The notes beneath the pieces were generated by a model. The model had not been told where the DNA came from and searched no databases. It saw only the letters and a program-made list of their open reading frames with translations. From Paratractidigestivibacter sp. (GTDB lineage Bacteria; Planctomycetota; Planctomycetia; Pirellulales; Thermoguttaceae), in the NCBI GenBank assembly GCA_963628165.1, contig CAVGEG010000002.1, positions 20,678 through 80,389 on the forward strand: a stretch of 59,712 bases of DNA. Direction: 5' to 3'. Numbering within the stretch: the first letter of the stretch is position 1; each line of letters opens with the position of its first letter. Of the stretch, positions 39,838-49,878 are shown piece after piece. The translations under genes and the position numbers were made by a program.

Positions 39838-41796
39838 TCAGTTGGGCGTGTCAAGATACGGATCCTGCCCCATCCCGCGTTGCATCTTTTTGCGTTCCTT
39901 TTCGTAATAAAGCATCGTTTTACGGTTCCGATAACTCTTCTTCTCGACTTTTTTCTGAGCGCGATAGAAAAGCTTCGCCTTTTCCGGATGCTCCGAATCG
40001 GGATCGTCTTTGAACATCTCCTTGAGTTTTTTCGCCTTTTTAGGACCAAACGCTTTTTCAAGAATTTCGTCTTCCAACGAAAGATATTGTCGATAGCTCC
40101 CCGGATCCCCTTGTCGCCCGCAACGCCCGATCAACTGCCTGTCGATACGCGCGGACTCATGAAGTTCCGTACACACGACGTCCAATCCGCCGAGAGCGAG
40201 AACGTCCTTCGGCAACTTAATATCCGTACCGCGCCCCGCCATATTCGTCGACACGGTGATCTTCCCAAGATGGCCCGCGTCGGCGACGATCCCCGCTTCT
40301 TCCGCGATACGGTTCGCGTTGAGAACGCTGTGTTCAAACTTGCGTTCCGTAAGGAGTTTGGAGAGGATTTCCGACTTGTCGATCGTACGCGTGCCGATAA
40401 GCGTGGGCCTTCCGAGCGCGTGAATTTCGGCGATTTCTTCCACGATCGCGTTCCACTTCGCGCGTTCCGTCGCAAAGACGCGCGTCGGCAACTGAACGCG
40501 CTGAGGGGGGCGGTTCGTCGGAACAGGAATAACGCGGCACTTATAAATCTTCGAAAGCTCCCGACGCGACGCCGCCGCGGTGCCCGTCATCCCCGCAAGA
40601 TGCTCGAAGCGCAGGAAGAAGTCCTGCACCGTCACGCGCGCCGCTTGACCCGTCGCGACCGTTATCTCGACGCCTTCCTTCGCCTCCACCGCCTGGTGAA
40701 TCCCTTCGCGCCACTTTCGACCTTCCCCGAGACGGCCCGTAAATTCGTCGACGATGACGATTTCACCGTCGCGCACGACGTATTGCTGATCCAAATGGAA
40801 TTCGCGGTCGACCTTAATCGCGCGTTTAACGTATTCGTAGATATGGTAGAGCCCGGTGCGTTCCATCGCGTCGGGCTTCGGAAGTCGTCGCGCCTTGAGC
40901 CGCCCTTCGCGCGTCAGTTCGACTTCCTTCTTATCATGGTCGTAGGTATAGTCTTCATCTTCGATGAACTCGTAGATCGAGTCGGCGGCCCACTTATACG
41001 CCTCAACCTCCTGTTTCTGCTCTTCCGTCGGCAAGGCGCTAATGATAAGGGGGGTGCTCGCTTCGTCGATGAGGATGGAGTCCGCCTCGTCGACAAGACA
41101 GAAGTATGGGTCGGTTCGCTGAGTCGGCTGTTCGTTCTTCTCCTGCTGTTCGCGGAGCATCGCGCCAAGGAGGTCGGTCTGACCTTCGCGAATGCGGCGC
41201 AGGAGCAATCGGTCGCGAAGGAAGTCGAAGCCGAATTCTTTCGCGGTGCCGTACGTGACGTCGCAGTTATACGCCGCGCGGCGCTGATCCGTCGGTTGCT
41301 GCGACTGAATGACGCCGACTTTCATCCCCAGCGCCTGATAGATCGGGCCCATCAGCTCGGCGTCGCGCGCCGCAAGGTAGTCGTTGACCGTCGCTAGAAG
41401 CGCGCCTTTACCCGCGAGCGCGCGAAGATACATCGGCGCGGTCGCCGTGAGCGTTTTACCTTCACCCGTCTGCATCTCGACGATCGAACGGTTAAAGATC
41501 GCGATTCCGCCGAGAATCTGCACGTCGAAGTGGCGCATCCCGAGGGTTCGCGAGCCCGCTTCGCGCACGAGCGCGTACGCTTCTGGAAGGAGCTTGACGA
41601 GAGGTTCGCCGCTGCGCGCGCGGTATCGTAGCGACAGACTGTATTTGCGTAGCTCCCCGTCGGAAAGCTTCTGAAACTTCGGTTCAAGAGCGTTTACGCG
41701 ATCTAATTCGTACGACCAGTTTGCCAGTCGTCCCGACGTCGTAAAGGGTAAAAGTCGATCGCACGCTCTTTTCATCCCGGATGGTATCGCGCCCAA
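39838..41796 (-). CDS. Short SecA-family ATPase (SecA2-like paralog lacking the C-terminal domains)
   Basis: It has MRHFDVQILGG, Walker A (EMQTGEGKTLTA), LVDEADSILIDEASTPLIIS and GRCGRQGDPGS. The protein ends shortly after the start of the scaffold helix (AQKKVEKKSYRNRK). A TTG start at 41796 lies 7 nt after GAGGAGG. Confidence 0.85.
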   Translation of the reverse strand: MGAIPSGMKRACDRLLPFTTSGRLANWSYELDRVNALEPKFQKLSDGELRKYSLSLRYRARSGEPLVKLLPEAYALVREAGSRTLGMRHFDVQILGGIAIFNRSIVEMQTGEGKTLTATAPMYLRALAGKGALLATVNDYLAARDAELMGPIYQALGMKVGVIQSQQPTDQRRAAYNCDVTYGTAKEFGFDFLRDRLLLRRIREGQTDLLGAMLREQQEKNEQPTQRTDPYFCLVDEADSILIDEASTPLIISALPTEEQKQEVEAYKWAADSIYEFIEDEDYTYDHDKKEVELTREGRLKARRLPKPDAMERTGLYHIYEYVKRAIKVDREFHLDQQYVVRDGEIVIVDEFTGRLGEGRKWREGIHQAVEAKEGVEITVATGQAARVTVQDFFLRFEHLAGMTGTAAASRRELSKIYKCRVIPVPTNRPPQRVQLPTRVFATERAKWNAIVEEIAEIHALGRPTLIGTRTIDKSEILSKLLTERKFEHSVLNANRIAEEAGIVADAGHLGKITVSTNMAGRGTDIKLPKDVLALGGLDVVCTELHESARIDRQLIGRCGRQGDPGSYRQYLSLEDEILEKAFGPKKAKKLKEMFKDDPDSEHPEKAKLFYRAQKKVEKKSYRNRKTMLYYEKERKKMQRGMGQDPYLDTPN

Positions 41797-42207
41797 AATT
41801 CAGCCTCCTCGCGCTAAAAAACACTGTGCGCGGCGCACTCGCGCCGATAGGTCAAACGATTATAGGGAAAAGAAGAAAAGGCGTCAACGCGGCTACCCCA
41901 GTCGCAAGCGCAGGTCTTTCCCTATAAAAAAGTCTTTCGACATTCAAGACGCGCCAATTTCAAATTAGTTCTCCCAAAGAGCCTCGCCCTCCTACTTGAC
42001 GTAAAGCAAAAAATTTCATTGACCGACTGAACGCGGCGAAATACTAAAACGTCAAAATATTGGTTCAAAAAACTTCCGTCTCGCGATTGAAATTGCAGAC
42101 GAAATGTGTTAAAATAAGCGTCAAAAAGACAAGCGTGATTTTTGTTTTTACACCACCCTTTGTTATTGTCAAATCGTGTCTCATTTTCCCCCAAGGAGAG
42201 TAGATAT

Positions 42208-43278
42208 ATGGAACATTTTGCGTCTTCATCTTACTTCAAGCGACGCGGCTTTACACTTGTCGAGCTCCTCGTCGTCATCGCGATTATCGGTATTTTGATA
42301 GGTCTTCTCTTGCCTGCGGTTCAGGCGGCGCGCGAGGCGGCGCGACGCATGCAGTGTACCAATAATCTCAAGCAAATGGGCTTGGGCGTTCACAACTTCG
42401 AATCCGCGACGGGTAAATTGCCCCCGCTGGATATTTCGATGGGACACGCGGGGATCATTCCCCTCCTCTTCCCTTATCTTGAACAAGTTTCGCTTTATGA
42501 AACGCTTAAAAACTGGCGCGACGGCGCGGACGCTTCCTGCGGCTTCGGTCAAGATCTTTGCCGTTCCGGTTCCGGCGCGGGGGATCAGTTCTGGCGTTCC
42601 GACGAGATGACGACGGAACTGCGCGACGCGTTCCGTTCCGTCCCATACCTCCTTTGCCCGACGCGTCGCGCCGCCCCCGCGGGGACCACAACCGCCGATC
42701 TCAACACGAACACGACGATCAGCGGATGCCAATCGATCGCCTCTTACGGCCCCTTCTCCGATTATGCGCCCGCGATCTACACGAAGTACAACAGCCCTGA
42801 CTGCACGAACTTCCAATGGGTCGCTAAGGACGATTACGCGAAGCACGGCTCGAACTTCAGTCCTTTCATTCGCGCGAATCTTGCAAAATCGGGGGACCCT
42901 CGCACATGGCAACCGAACTCCCCGATGTCCCGTTGGATCGACGGTACGAGCAACCAGATCACGTTCGGTGAAAAACATATCCCGATTGGGATCCTTGGCG
43001 GCGACTCCGTCGCATATCGTCACGACCAGAACTATCTCGCCGCGACGGACTCCAACGCGCGCGACTGGGCGATCGGACGCGCGGTTTGCGAGCAGTATCC
43101 TCTCGCCTCGCCGTACGATACCTCCAACCCCCAACGTTACTTCGGCAGCTGGCACTCCGGCGTCGTCAACTTCCTGATGGGAGACGGCGCGGTTCGCGCG
43201 ATCTCCGTCACCGCGCCTGGTAAGACCGTCGGTTCTATGGTTCACGTCAGCGACGGCGCTACCGAATCCGCTCTCTAG
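42208..43278 (+). CDS. DUF1559 protein with a type IV pilin-like N-terminal methylation motif
   Basis: The ATG at 42208 follows AAGGAG. The N-terminus reads [45 protein letters not shown]. The C-terminal block is [17 protein letters not shown]. Confidence 0.9.
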   Translation: MEHFASSSYFKRRGFTLVELLVVIAIIGILIGLLLPAVQAAREAARRMQCTNNLKQMGLGVHNFESATGKLPPLDISMGHAGIIPLLFPYLEQVSLYETLKNWRDGADASCGFGQDLCRSGSGAGDQFWRSDEMTTELRDAFRSVPYLLCPTRRAAPAGTTTADLNTNTTISGCQSIASYGPFSDYAPAIYTKYNSPDCTNFQWVAKDDYAKHGSNFSPFIRANLAKSGDPRTWQPNSPMSRWIDGTSNQITFGEKHIPIGILGGDSVAYRHDQNYLAATDSNARDWAIGRAVCEQYPLASPYDTSNPQRYFGSWHSGVVNFLMGDGAVRAISVTAPGKTVGSMVHVSDGATESAL

Positions 43279-43351
43279 CGTTAAAATCTATAGGTGAATA
43301 AGCGCCGATTTTCGATCGGCGCTCTTCCCTTTTTTAAAAGAGAGAAAAACA

Positions 43352-43774
43352 ATGAACAAGACAAAATTAGCCTTAACGCTTCTTCTCGCCCTTCTCTGCG
43401 TCGGATGTTCCGGCAAAGTCAAGCTCGGCGGCACGGTCTCCTTCACCGACGGTCAGCCCGTCGAATCTGGAATGGTTTATTTCGTCTCCAAGGACGGATC
43501 CTTCAGCGCACGCGGCGAAATTAAGAACGGCGAATTCCAGGTCTCTTCGGTCGGTAAGAACGACGGTCTTCCCAAGGGCGAATACAACGTCTACTTCTCC
43601 GGTATCGAAACGGTCGTCAAGGAGCAACAAGAGCTCGAAAACGGCGACTTCATCGAAGCGCAAACCCGCCCCGCGATCGACGCCAAATACATGAGCGCCT
43701 CGACCTCCGGAATCACCCAAAACGTCGACGGCTCCGCCAAAAAGGTCGAATTCCAGCTCGAACGCCTCGAATAA
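43352..43774 (+). CDS. Small lipoprotein (carboxypeptidase-regulatory-like beta-sandwich), partner of the upstream DUF1559 gene
   Basis: It has the lipobox LLCVGC|S and the pattern GKVKLGGTVSF.DGQP...G.V.F. Confidence 0.8.
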   Translation: MNKTKLALTLLLALLCVGCSGKVKLGGTVSFTDGQPVESGMVYFVSKDGSFSARGEIKNGEFQVSSVGKNDGLPKGEYNVYFSGIETVVKEQQELENGDFIEAQTRPAIDAKYMSASTSGITQNVDGSAKKVEFQLERLE

Positions 43775-43803
43775 TCGAATCTCTATCGATTGATAGAAAA
43801 CGA

Positions 43804-43831
43804 AACGCGTCTTCGGACGCGTTTTTTTTTT
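43804..43831 (+). terminator. Rho-independent terminator
   Basis: The hairpin aacgcgtc-ttcg-gacgcgtt is followed by T10. Confidence 0.85.
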
Positions 43832-43962
43832 GATCTCTTCTAATTTTTACCTCGTTTTTTCTTAATGCGCAACTATCTCACACAAGGATCGGGTATACTA
43901 TAGAAAAAAATATAAGGTACAAAAATCGTCAAGTTTTTACAACTAAACGATTTACAGAAAAC

Positions 43963-43991
43963 TTGACACAATAAAAAGCATTGGATACCAT
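43963..43991 (+). promoter_or_regulatory. Sigma70-like promoter for the second DUF1559 module
   Basis: TTGACA (43963-43968), a 17-nt spacer, then TACCAT (43986-43991). Confidence 0.4.
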
Positions 43992-44065
43992 TGTATTTAT
44001 ATAAATGGCGCGGCTCTTTATATTGACGCGCTTAAAGATTGGCGTCTTAAAGCAAAGGACATGAA

Positions 44066-45193
44066 ATGAAACCCACATCTCATTCCAAGAGCGGCTTCAC
44101 GCTCGTTGAACTCCTCGTCGTCATCGCGATTATCGGTATCTTGATCGGACTTCTTCTTCCCGCCGTCCAAGCGGCGCGCGAAGCGGCAAGACGTATGCAA
44201 TGCACCAACAACTTAAAGCAGCTCGCTCTCGCTCTTCACAACTATCACGACACGCACGGATCCTTCCCCGCCGGACGCTGGGGCCCCGAATGCGCCTGCT
44301 GCGGCTCCAAAACCGAATGGCAGGGGCACTCCTACGTCTGGAGCGGTATCTTCTACTGCACACCCTTCATGGAACAAGTCTCCCTCTACCAACTCTACGT
44401 CGCCGAATGCGCCCGTTTAGGGGGCAAAGGCCCGGTCGCGTGGCTCAATAACAACACGAACACGTCGGATCTTGCGCCTCTCTACACCTCCTCCGTTCCC
44501 GGACTCCTCTGTCCTTCCGACGGCGGTTCAACGCAAAACGGCGACTACGGCGGGAAGGGAAACTACGCCCTCTGCAACGGCGACTCCCCCTATTTCGGAA
44601 ACTGGGTCGACTATCCCAAACGCGGACTCTTCGGCGTTAAGGAATGGCACAACATGTCGTCGTGCACCGACGGCACGAGCAACACGGCGATGATTAGCGA
44701 AATGGTCGCCGGTACGAAGGGGGACGGCGAAGTCAGCTCCTCCGGCGCTCTGATCAAAGGCTCCATCGCGGTTGACCTCGATCCTTATCAGTTCAGCGAC
44801 AACCCGTCGCTGTGCTTGAACAAGCGCGATTCTTCCAATCCCGGCCGGCTGACCGGTTCGCAATTCAACAATATCCGCGGACATATGCGCTGGGCGGGCG
44901 TCATGACGGACGGCACCTCATTCACGACCGTTCTTCCCCCGAACTCTCCGAGCTGCATCGACGGACGCTATGACGCCTACTACGGCGGCGGCGTCTGCTC
45001 CCCGACGAGCAATCACGCCGGCGGCGTGAACGTCTGCCGCGCCGACGGATCGGTCGTCTTCGTCTCCGAAACGGTAGACTGCGGCGACCTCACGAAGCCC
45101 GCGCTCGGAACCGACCGCGGCTCCGGAAAGAGCCCCTACGGCGTATGGGGCGCGATGGGAAGCATCAACGGCGGCGAAAGCGCGTCTCTCTGA
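44066..45193 (+). CDS. DUF1559 protein with a type IV pilin-like N-terminus
   Basis: The N-terminus reads [45 protein letters not shown]. The C-terminal block is [20 protein letters not shown]. Confidence 0.9.
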   Translation: MKPTSHSKSGFTLVELLVVIAIIGILIGLLLPAVQAAREAARRMQCTNNLKQLALALHNYHDTHGSFPAGRWGPECACCGSKTEWQGHSYVWSGIFYCTPFMEQVSLYQLYVAECARLGGKGPVAWLNNNTNTSDLAPLYTSSVPGLLCPSDGGSTQNGDYGGKGNYALCNGDSPYFGNWVDYPKRGLFGVKEWHNMSSCTDGTSNTAMISEMVAGTKGDGEVSSSGALIKGSIAVDLDPYQFSDNPSLCLNKRDSSNPGRLTGSQFNNIRGHMRWAGVMTDGTSFTTVLPPNSPSCIDGRYDAYYGGGVCSPTSNHAGGVNVCRADGSVVFVSETVDCGDLTKPALGTDRGSGKSPYGVWGAMGSINGGESASL

Positions 45194-45215
45194 TCCCCGC
45201 GAAAGGAAAATGCTC

Positions 45216-45698
45216 ATGAAACTTCAAAAAACCTTCCTCCTTCTCGCCTCGGCGGGCGCGTGCCTCGCTAACGCCGGGTGCGGCCAGAAACTCCCTGAAG
45301 GAATCCCAGACCTCATCCCCGTCGCCCTCGTCCTGACTCAAGAAGGACAGCCTCTCGACGAAGCCACCGTCTCCTGCGTCCCCGTTGACCCCGCGAACAG
45401 TCGATGGTCCTGCGGCGGCACAACCGACGCCAAAGGCGAACTCCCCCTCATGACCCTTGGACAATACCAAGGAGTCCCAGCGGGGGAATACAAAGTCGTC
45501 GTGATGAAAATGCTTATCGAGAATCCGCCGCAGACGCGCGACGATCCTCCGGGAGAGCGCTACCGACTCGTCCCCGAAGAATACGAGAGCGCCGACGAGA
45601 CGCCCTTAACCTTCACCGCGGCGAAGGGTCAGAAGCGCGTCGAGCTTGATCTGGGCCCCGCGATTAAGGAAGAGATGAAGAGTCGCGGTTCCCTGTAA
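45216..45698 (+). CDS. Small lipoprotein, partner of the upstream DUF1559 gene
   Basis: It has the lipobox LANAGC|G. AAGGAA lies 7 nt upstream of the ATG at 45216. The ORF track start at 45210 is too close to the Shine-Dalgarno site. Confidence 0.78.
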   Translation: MKLQKTFLLLASAGACLANAGCGQKLPEGIPDLIPVALVLTQEGQPLDEATVSCVPVDPANSRWSCGGTTDAKGELPLMTLGQYQGVPAGEYKVVVMKMLIENPPQTRDDPPGERYRLVPEEYESADETPLTFTAAKGQKRVELDLGPAIKEEMKSRGSL

Positions 45699-45730
45699 TC
45701 GACCGTCTCTTTTCAATCTAAAATTAAAAA

Positions 45731-45778
45731 GAAGGGCGAAGAGATTCTTCGGATTCTCTTCCCCTTCTTTTTTTGTCC
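45731..45778 (+). terminator. Rho-independent terminator
   Basis: A long imperfect hairpin, gaagggcgaagagattc-ttcg-gattctcttccccttc, is followed by T8. Confidence 0.75.
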
Positions 45779-46104
45779 CTTTAGAAGTCTCTGAACACGC
45801 GCTAGAAGCGTTTTATTTATTCTTCCTTGTAACAAGCTTTTAAAGAATTTCTTGCGCAGAACGTCGTTTTAAGGACGTTTCTGAGGATTTCTCAAATAAC
45901 GGTCTCGAAAGGAAATGAAGTCGAGCGCAGAGAAAGGCGCAACGCGCGAACGTCGGGGAGGCACGACATTTTCGACTCCATGGGGTTTGCGCGAGACAGG
46001 CGTTTTATCGTCGATTCTATCCCAAGGAATTAGCGAAATAAGAGTAACGAAAGAGAAGATTGAAGCGAATTCTAAGTCGCGCGGCGGCGATTCTTCGCGT
46101 CGAT

Positions 46105-46139
46105 AAAAAAGCGTCCGTTCTCATGGAGGGAACGGACGC
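46105..46139 (-). terminator. Rho-independent terminator after the pyrophosphatase gene
   Basis: The stem gcgtccgttc (46111-46120) pairs with gaacggacgc (46130-46139). On the minus strand it is followed by TTTTTTA. Confidence 0.75.
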
Positions 46140-46174
46140 CAAGGCTTGAATCAATTCAGTCTAATCGACAAAGA

Positions 46175-48967
46175 TCAGAACCATCCGCCGTAAGCGACGA
46201 TGAAGCCCGCCGCGACGACGGAGACCATGCTCATCAACTTGATGATGATATTGAGCGAAGGACCGGTCGTGTCTTTGAAGGGGTCGCCGACAGTGTCGCC
46301 AACGACGGTCGCCTTATGGCATTCGGAGCGTTTTCCGCCGAGTTCGGGTTCGATATTCGCTTCGACGTACTTCTTCGCGTTGTCCCACGCGCCGCCCGCG
46401 TTCGCCATGTAAACGGCGACGCAGAAGCCGGCGGTAAGAGCGCCGACGAGGAGTCCGATGACGCCGGTGACGCCCAAGACGATACCGACGACGATCGGCA
46501 TGACGAGGCCCAGGAGAGACGGAACGATCATTTCGCGCTGCGCGGCCTTTGTCGAAATCGCGACGGGGGTCTCGTAATCGGGCTCGTTTTCGTATTCCAT
46601 AATTCCTTTGATTTCGCGGAACTGACGACGAACTTCTTCAACCATGCCGGACGCGGCGCGACCGACGGCGGTCATCGTCAACGCGCCAAAGACGAAGACG
46701 GTCATGGCGCCGAGGAAGATACCGACGAGAACTTTCGGGTTCAGGAGGTTGCAGGAGTAGTAGTCCATCCAGTCCATCATGTTCGCGCTCTTGACGGGAA
46801 CCATTTCGCAAGGATCGTCGGCGGTAGCGGGAACGAAGGGACAGACTTGCGCGATTTCAGGAGTGATAAACGCTGGGCCTTTGGAAACGTCGAGACCAGC
46901 CCAAGCTTCGTTGGAGTCTTTCCAGGTGAATTCGGAGCCGCGATAAATCGGGGCGCTTTCATTCGGGTTGTTGGCCTGCGCGGGCTTAACGAGGTAGGTT
47001 TCGGGGAACCATTCGCGACCAACTTCTTTGAGAGCGGCCCTTTCCGATTCGACGGCGTCCTTACCGGCGTAGTAGACGGCGAAGGAGTCGGAAACCTTGT
47101 AGTATCCGGGCTGAGCGTCGGATTTTTCTTCAAGGGTCTTGACGGCGGAGACGCCCCAGCGTTCGAAGCCGACGCGGACTTCCTCGACATACGCGGCGAG
47201 GAGCGCGAGAGCCGTAAGGGCGGCGCTACCGATCGCGAAGCCTTTACCGGTCGCGGCGGTGGTGTTGCCGAGGGAGTCGAGCGCGTCGGTGCGTTGACGG
47301 ACTTCTTCAGGAAGACCAGCCATTTCCGCGTTGCCGCCCGCGTTGTCGGCGATCGGGCCGTAAGCGTCGGTCGCAAGGGTGACTCCGAGGGTGGAAAGCA
47401 TACCGACGGCGGCGACGCCGACGCCGTAGAGACCGAGGGAGAAGGTCTTAGCGTTGGTGAAATCGAATCCGGTGGTGAAACCGAAAGCGAGGATCGTGGC
47501 GACGCCGACGATCACGACGGGCGCCCAGACGCTGAACATACCTTCGGCGATACCGGCGATGATGACGGTCGCGGGGCCGGTTTTACCCTGACGAGCGATC
47601 GCTTTGGTCGGGTTGTATTCGTAAGCGGTGCGATATTCGGTCCATTTGCCGATGAGCCAACCTGCGAGGAGACCGGTGACGACGGAGGCGCCGGCCCACT
47701 TCGCGGAACCGGGAAGCATGACCATCGCGATGACGAAGGAGAGCGCGCCGATGATGAGGGACGGAAGGTTGACGCCTTTTCCGAGCGCTTTAAGAAGAGC
47801 GCCTTGATCCGCTTTTTCGTCGGTCTTGACGAGGAAGACGCCAAAGATCGAGAGGACAATGCCGACGGCGGCGAGGATGATGGGGAGGAAGAGAGCGCTC
47901 ATCTGCGTGGCGGAGTCAGCTCCCAGAGCGGCGTAGGCCGCGACGCCCAGTGCGGCGGAGGAAAGGATCGAACCGCAGTAGGATTCGTAGAGGTCCGCAC
48001 CCATACCGGCGACGTCGCCGACGTTGTCGCCGACGTTGTCCGCGATCGTCGCGGGGTTGCGGCGGTCGTCTTCAGGAATACCGGCTTCGACTTTACCGAC
48101 GAGGTCGGCGCCGACGTCCGCGGCTTTGGTGTAGATACCGCCGCCGACGCGCGCGAAGAGCGCTTGAGAGGACGCGCCCATACCGAAGCAAAGCATTACG
48201 ACGGTGATTTCGGTGAGGCTCATCGTCCAGTTAAAGACGGGGAAAATCCAGTAGAGCGCGCCGAACCAGAGGACGACGTCGAGGAGGCCCAGACCGACGA
48301 CGGTCAAGCCCACGACGGCGCCGGAACGGAACGCGACTTGCAAACCTTCGTTCAAAGACTTTTGCGCGCCCGCGGCGGTGCGGGAAGAAGCCCACGTCGC
48401 GGTTTTCATGCCGAACCAACCGGCGAGACCGGAGAAGAAACCGCCGGTGAGGAACGCCCACGGAACGATCTTGTTCTGAACGCCGACGCCCCAAGCGAGC
48501 CACATGAGGAAGACCCAGATGACGACGAAGAAGAGGGCGACAACCTTGTACTGCTGTTTGAGGTACGCGTTGGCGCCCTTACGGACGGCGGCGGCTATTT
48601 TGATCATTTCCGGGTTGCCTTCGTCCGCTTTCATCATGGATTTGAAGAAGCGCACGGCGAAGACGAGGGAGGCGACGGCGCAAACGAGCGCGACGATCCA
48701 GAGGAACCCGAACATCGAGAAGAAGCTAACGCGGTCGGCGATGGAGTCGGCCGTCTTGGGAGCTTTTTCAGCGGCGGCGTCCTGCGCCTCTTCGGCGGCG
48801 GGAGCGGCTTCTTCGTCGGCGGCGACGGTTTGATCGACGGCGACGGCGGCGGGTTCGTCAGATTGAGTATATGCGAACGTCGTAGTCGTAGACGCCGAGC
48901 CCAACAATAGCGCAAGGGAGAGCGCGCTCAAGCTCATAAATTTGAAAAATCTTTTGCTGACCTTCAT
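46175..48967 (-). CDS. hppA: Membrane-bound ion-translocating pyrophosphatase (K+-dependent type by motif), with an N-terminal extension and a large loop insertion
   Basis: It has DNVGDNVGDVAGMGADL, GNTTAATGKG (Ala at the K+-dependence position), GGAWDNAKK and GDTVGDPFKDT. The ATG at 48967 is preceded by AGGAG and starts MKVSKRFFKFMSLSALSLALLLG. Confidence 0.92.
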   Translation of the reverse strand: MKVSKRFFKFMSLSALSLALLLGSASTTTTFAYTQSDEPAAVAVDQTVAADEEAAPAAEEAQDAAAEKAPKTADSIADRVSFFSMFGFLWIVALVCAVASLVFAVRFFKSMMKADEGNPEMIKIAAAVRKGANAYLKQQYKVVALFFVVIWVFLMWLAWGVGVQNKIVPWAFLTGGFFSGLAGWFGMKTATWASSRTAAGAQKSLNEGLQVAFRSGAVVGLTVVGLGLLDVVLWFGALYWIFPVFNWTMSLTEITVVMLCFGMGASSQALFARVGGGIYTKAADVGADLVGKVEAGIPEDDRRNPATIADNVGDNVGDVAGMGADLYESYCGSILSSAALGVAAYAALGADSATQMSALFLPIILAAVGIVLSIFGVFLVKTDEKADQGALLKALGKGVNLPSLIIGALSFVIAMVMLPGSAKWAGASVVTGLLAGWLIGKWTEYRTAYEYNPTKAIARQGKTGPATVIIAGIAEGMFSVWAPVVIVGVATILAFGFTTGFDFTNAKTFSLGLYGVGVAAVGMLSTLGVTLATDAYGPIADNAGGNAEMAGLPEEVRQRTDALDSLGNTTAATGKGFAIGSAALTALALLAAYVEEVRVGFERWGVSAVKTLEEKSDAQPGYYKVSDSFAVYYAGKDAVESERAALKEVGREWFPETYLVKPAQANNPNESAPIYRGSEFTWKDSNEAWAGLDVSKGPAFITPEIAQVCPFVPATADDPCEMVPVKSANMMDWMDYYSCNLLNPKVLVGIFLGAMTVFVFGALTMTAVGRAASGMVEEVRRQFREIKGIMEYENEPDYETPVAISTKAAQREMIVPSLLGLVMPIVVGIVLGVTGVIGLLVGALTAGFCVAVYMANAGGAWDNAKKYVEANIEPELGGKRSECHKATVVGDTVGDPFKDTTGPSLNIIIKLMSMVSVVAAGFIVAYGGWF

Positions 48968-49322
48968 AACGCAAAAGTCTCCTGAAATAACGTTGAACAA
49001 TAAACGAAGTCGATCGCGCGAGGGCGCGATAGAAATCGTCGCAGCATTCGTCGTCGTCGAAACCGGCGGCGTCAAAAACGCTTCGGAGGGGCCTGTAAAG
49101 GCGTATAAAAAAGGGAATTCCCTTAGTTATCAATTCCACATTCGGCCCCATTATCATTAAACCGCATCCTTGCGCAACGTCAACCGGGTCATTTGTAAAA
49201 ATTTTTCCTCTAAATTTTCAAAAATTTCTTGTCATAATCAAACAACGGCTACATTTCTTTAAAATTTTGTATTAATTTCTGTACGCTAATTTCCTTCAGT
49301 TTTAAAATTCCTACTCAAACTG

Positions 49323-49352
49323 TTGACAAACTAACCCTCTTTAACGTACAAT
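49323..49352 (+). promoter_or_regulatory. Sigma70-like promoter for the lipoprotein pair
   Basis: TTGACA (49323-49328), an 18-nt spacer, then TACAAT (49347-49352). Confidence 0.5.
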
Positions 49353-49440
49353 TGTTTTAGAACGACGACGGATCCTACGCGTCGCTCTTTCACGCTTAAA
49401 TCATACTCCTCTATCAAATCTAGACCATTAAGGAGCGCTC

Positions 49441-49878
49441 ATGAACAAGTTCAGTAAATTCGCCTCGCTATTTCTCGTCGTCTTCGTTCTCTGCCTCACA
49501 GGTTGCGGCAATAAGGCGAAGGTCACAGGGACAGTCAAGTTTGCGGACGGAAAGCCGCTGACGGTCGGCACGGTCAACTTCACGGACGGTACGAACCTCT
49601 TCCGCGGGGAAATTCAGTCGGACGGAACCTTTGAGATGCGCACGTTCAAACCCGGCGACGGCGTCTTAAAGGGAACCTATAAAGTCTACCTCACCGAAAC
49701 CCTTCAGTTTGGCGAAACCTCCACGCTCGTCCAGAAGGGGCCCGACGGGGAAGAGCTCAGAATAGAGACCATCGGAAACACGACCTCGACCCTCGATCCG
49801 AAGTACAGCGATCCTGAACAAAGCGGCATGACAATCGACGTTAAGGGGAACATGACTTACGATATTACGATTGAATGA
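49441..49878 (+). CDS. Small lipoprotein of the same family as 43352 and 45216
   Basis: It has the lipobox LCLTGC|G and GKVTGTVKFADGKPL..GTVNF. AAGGAG lies upstream. Confidence 0.8.
   Translation: MNKFSKFASLFLVVFVLCLTGCGNKAKVTGTVKFADGKPLTVGTVNFTDGTNLFRGEIQSDGTFEMRTFKPGDGVLKGTYKVYLTETLQFGETSTLVQKGPDGEELRIETIGNTTSTLDPKYSDPEQSGMTIDVKGNMTYDITIE

Noticed and set aside
45915-46106. A 63-aa + strand ORF in the spacer between the lipoprotein terminator and the pyrophosphatase terminator. Comparable small intergenic ORFs lie at 33799..34014, 20097..20381 and 22178..22432.
   Set aside because: They have no Shine-Dalgarno site and no recognisable motif, and they sit in promoter or terminator spacers. 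They are most likely non-coding.
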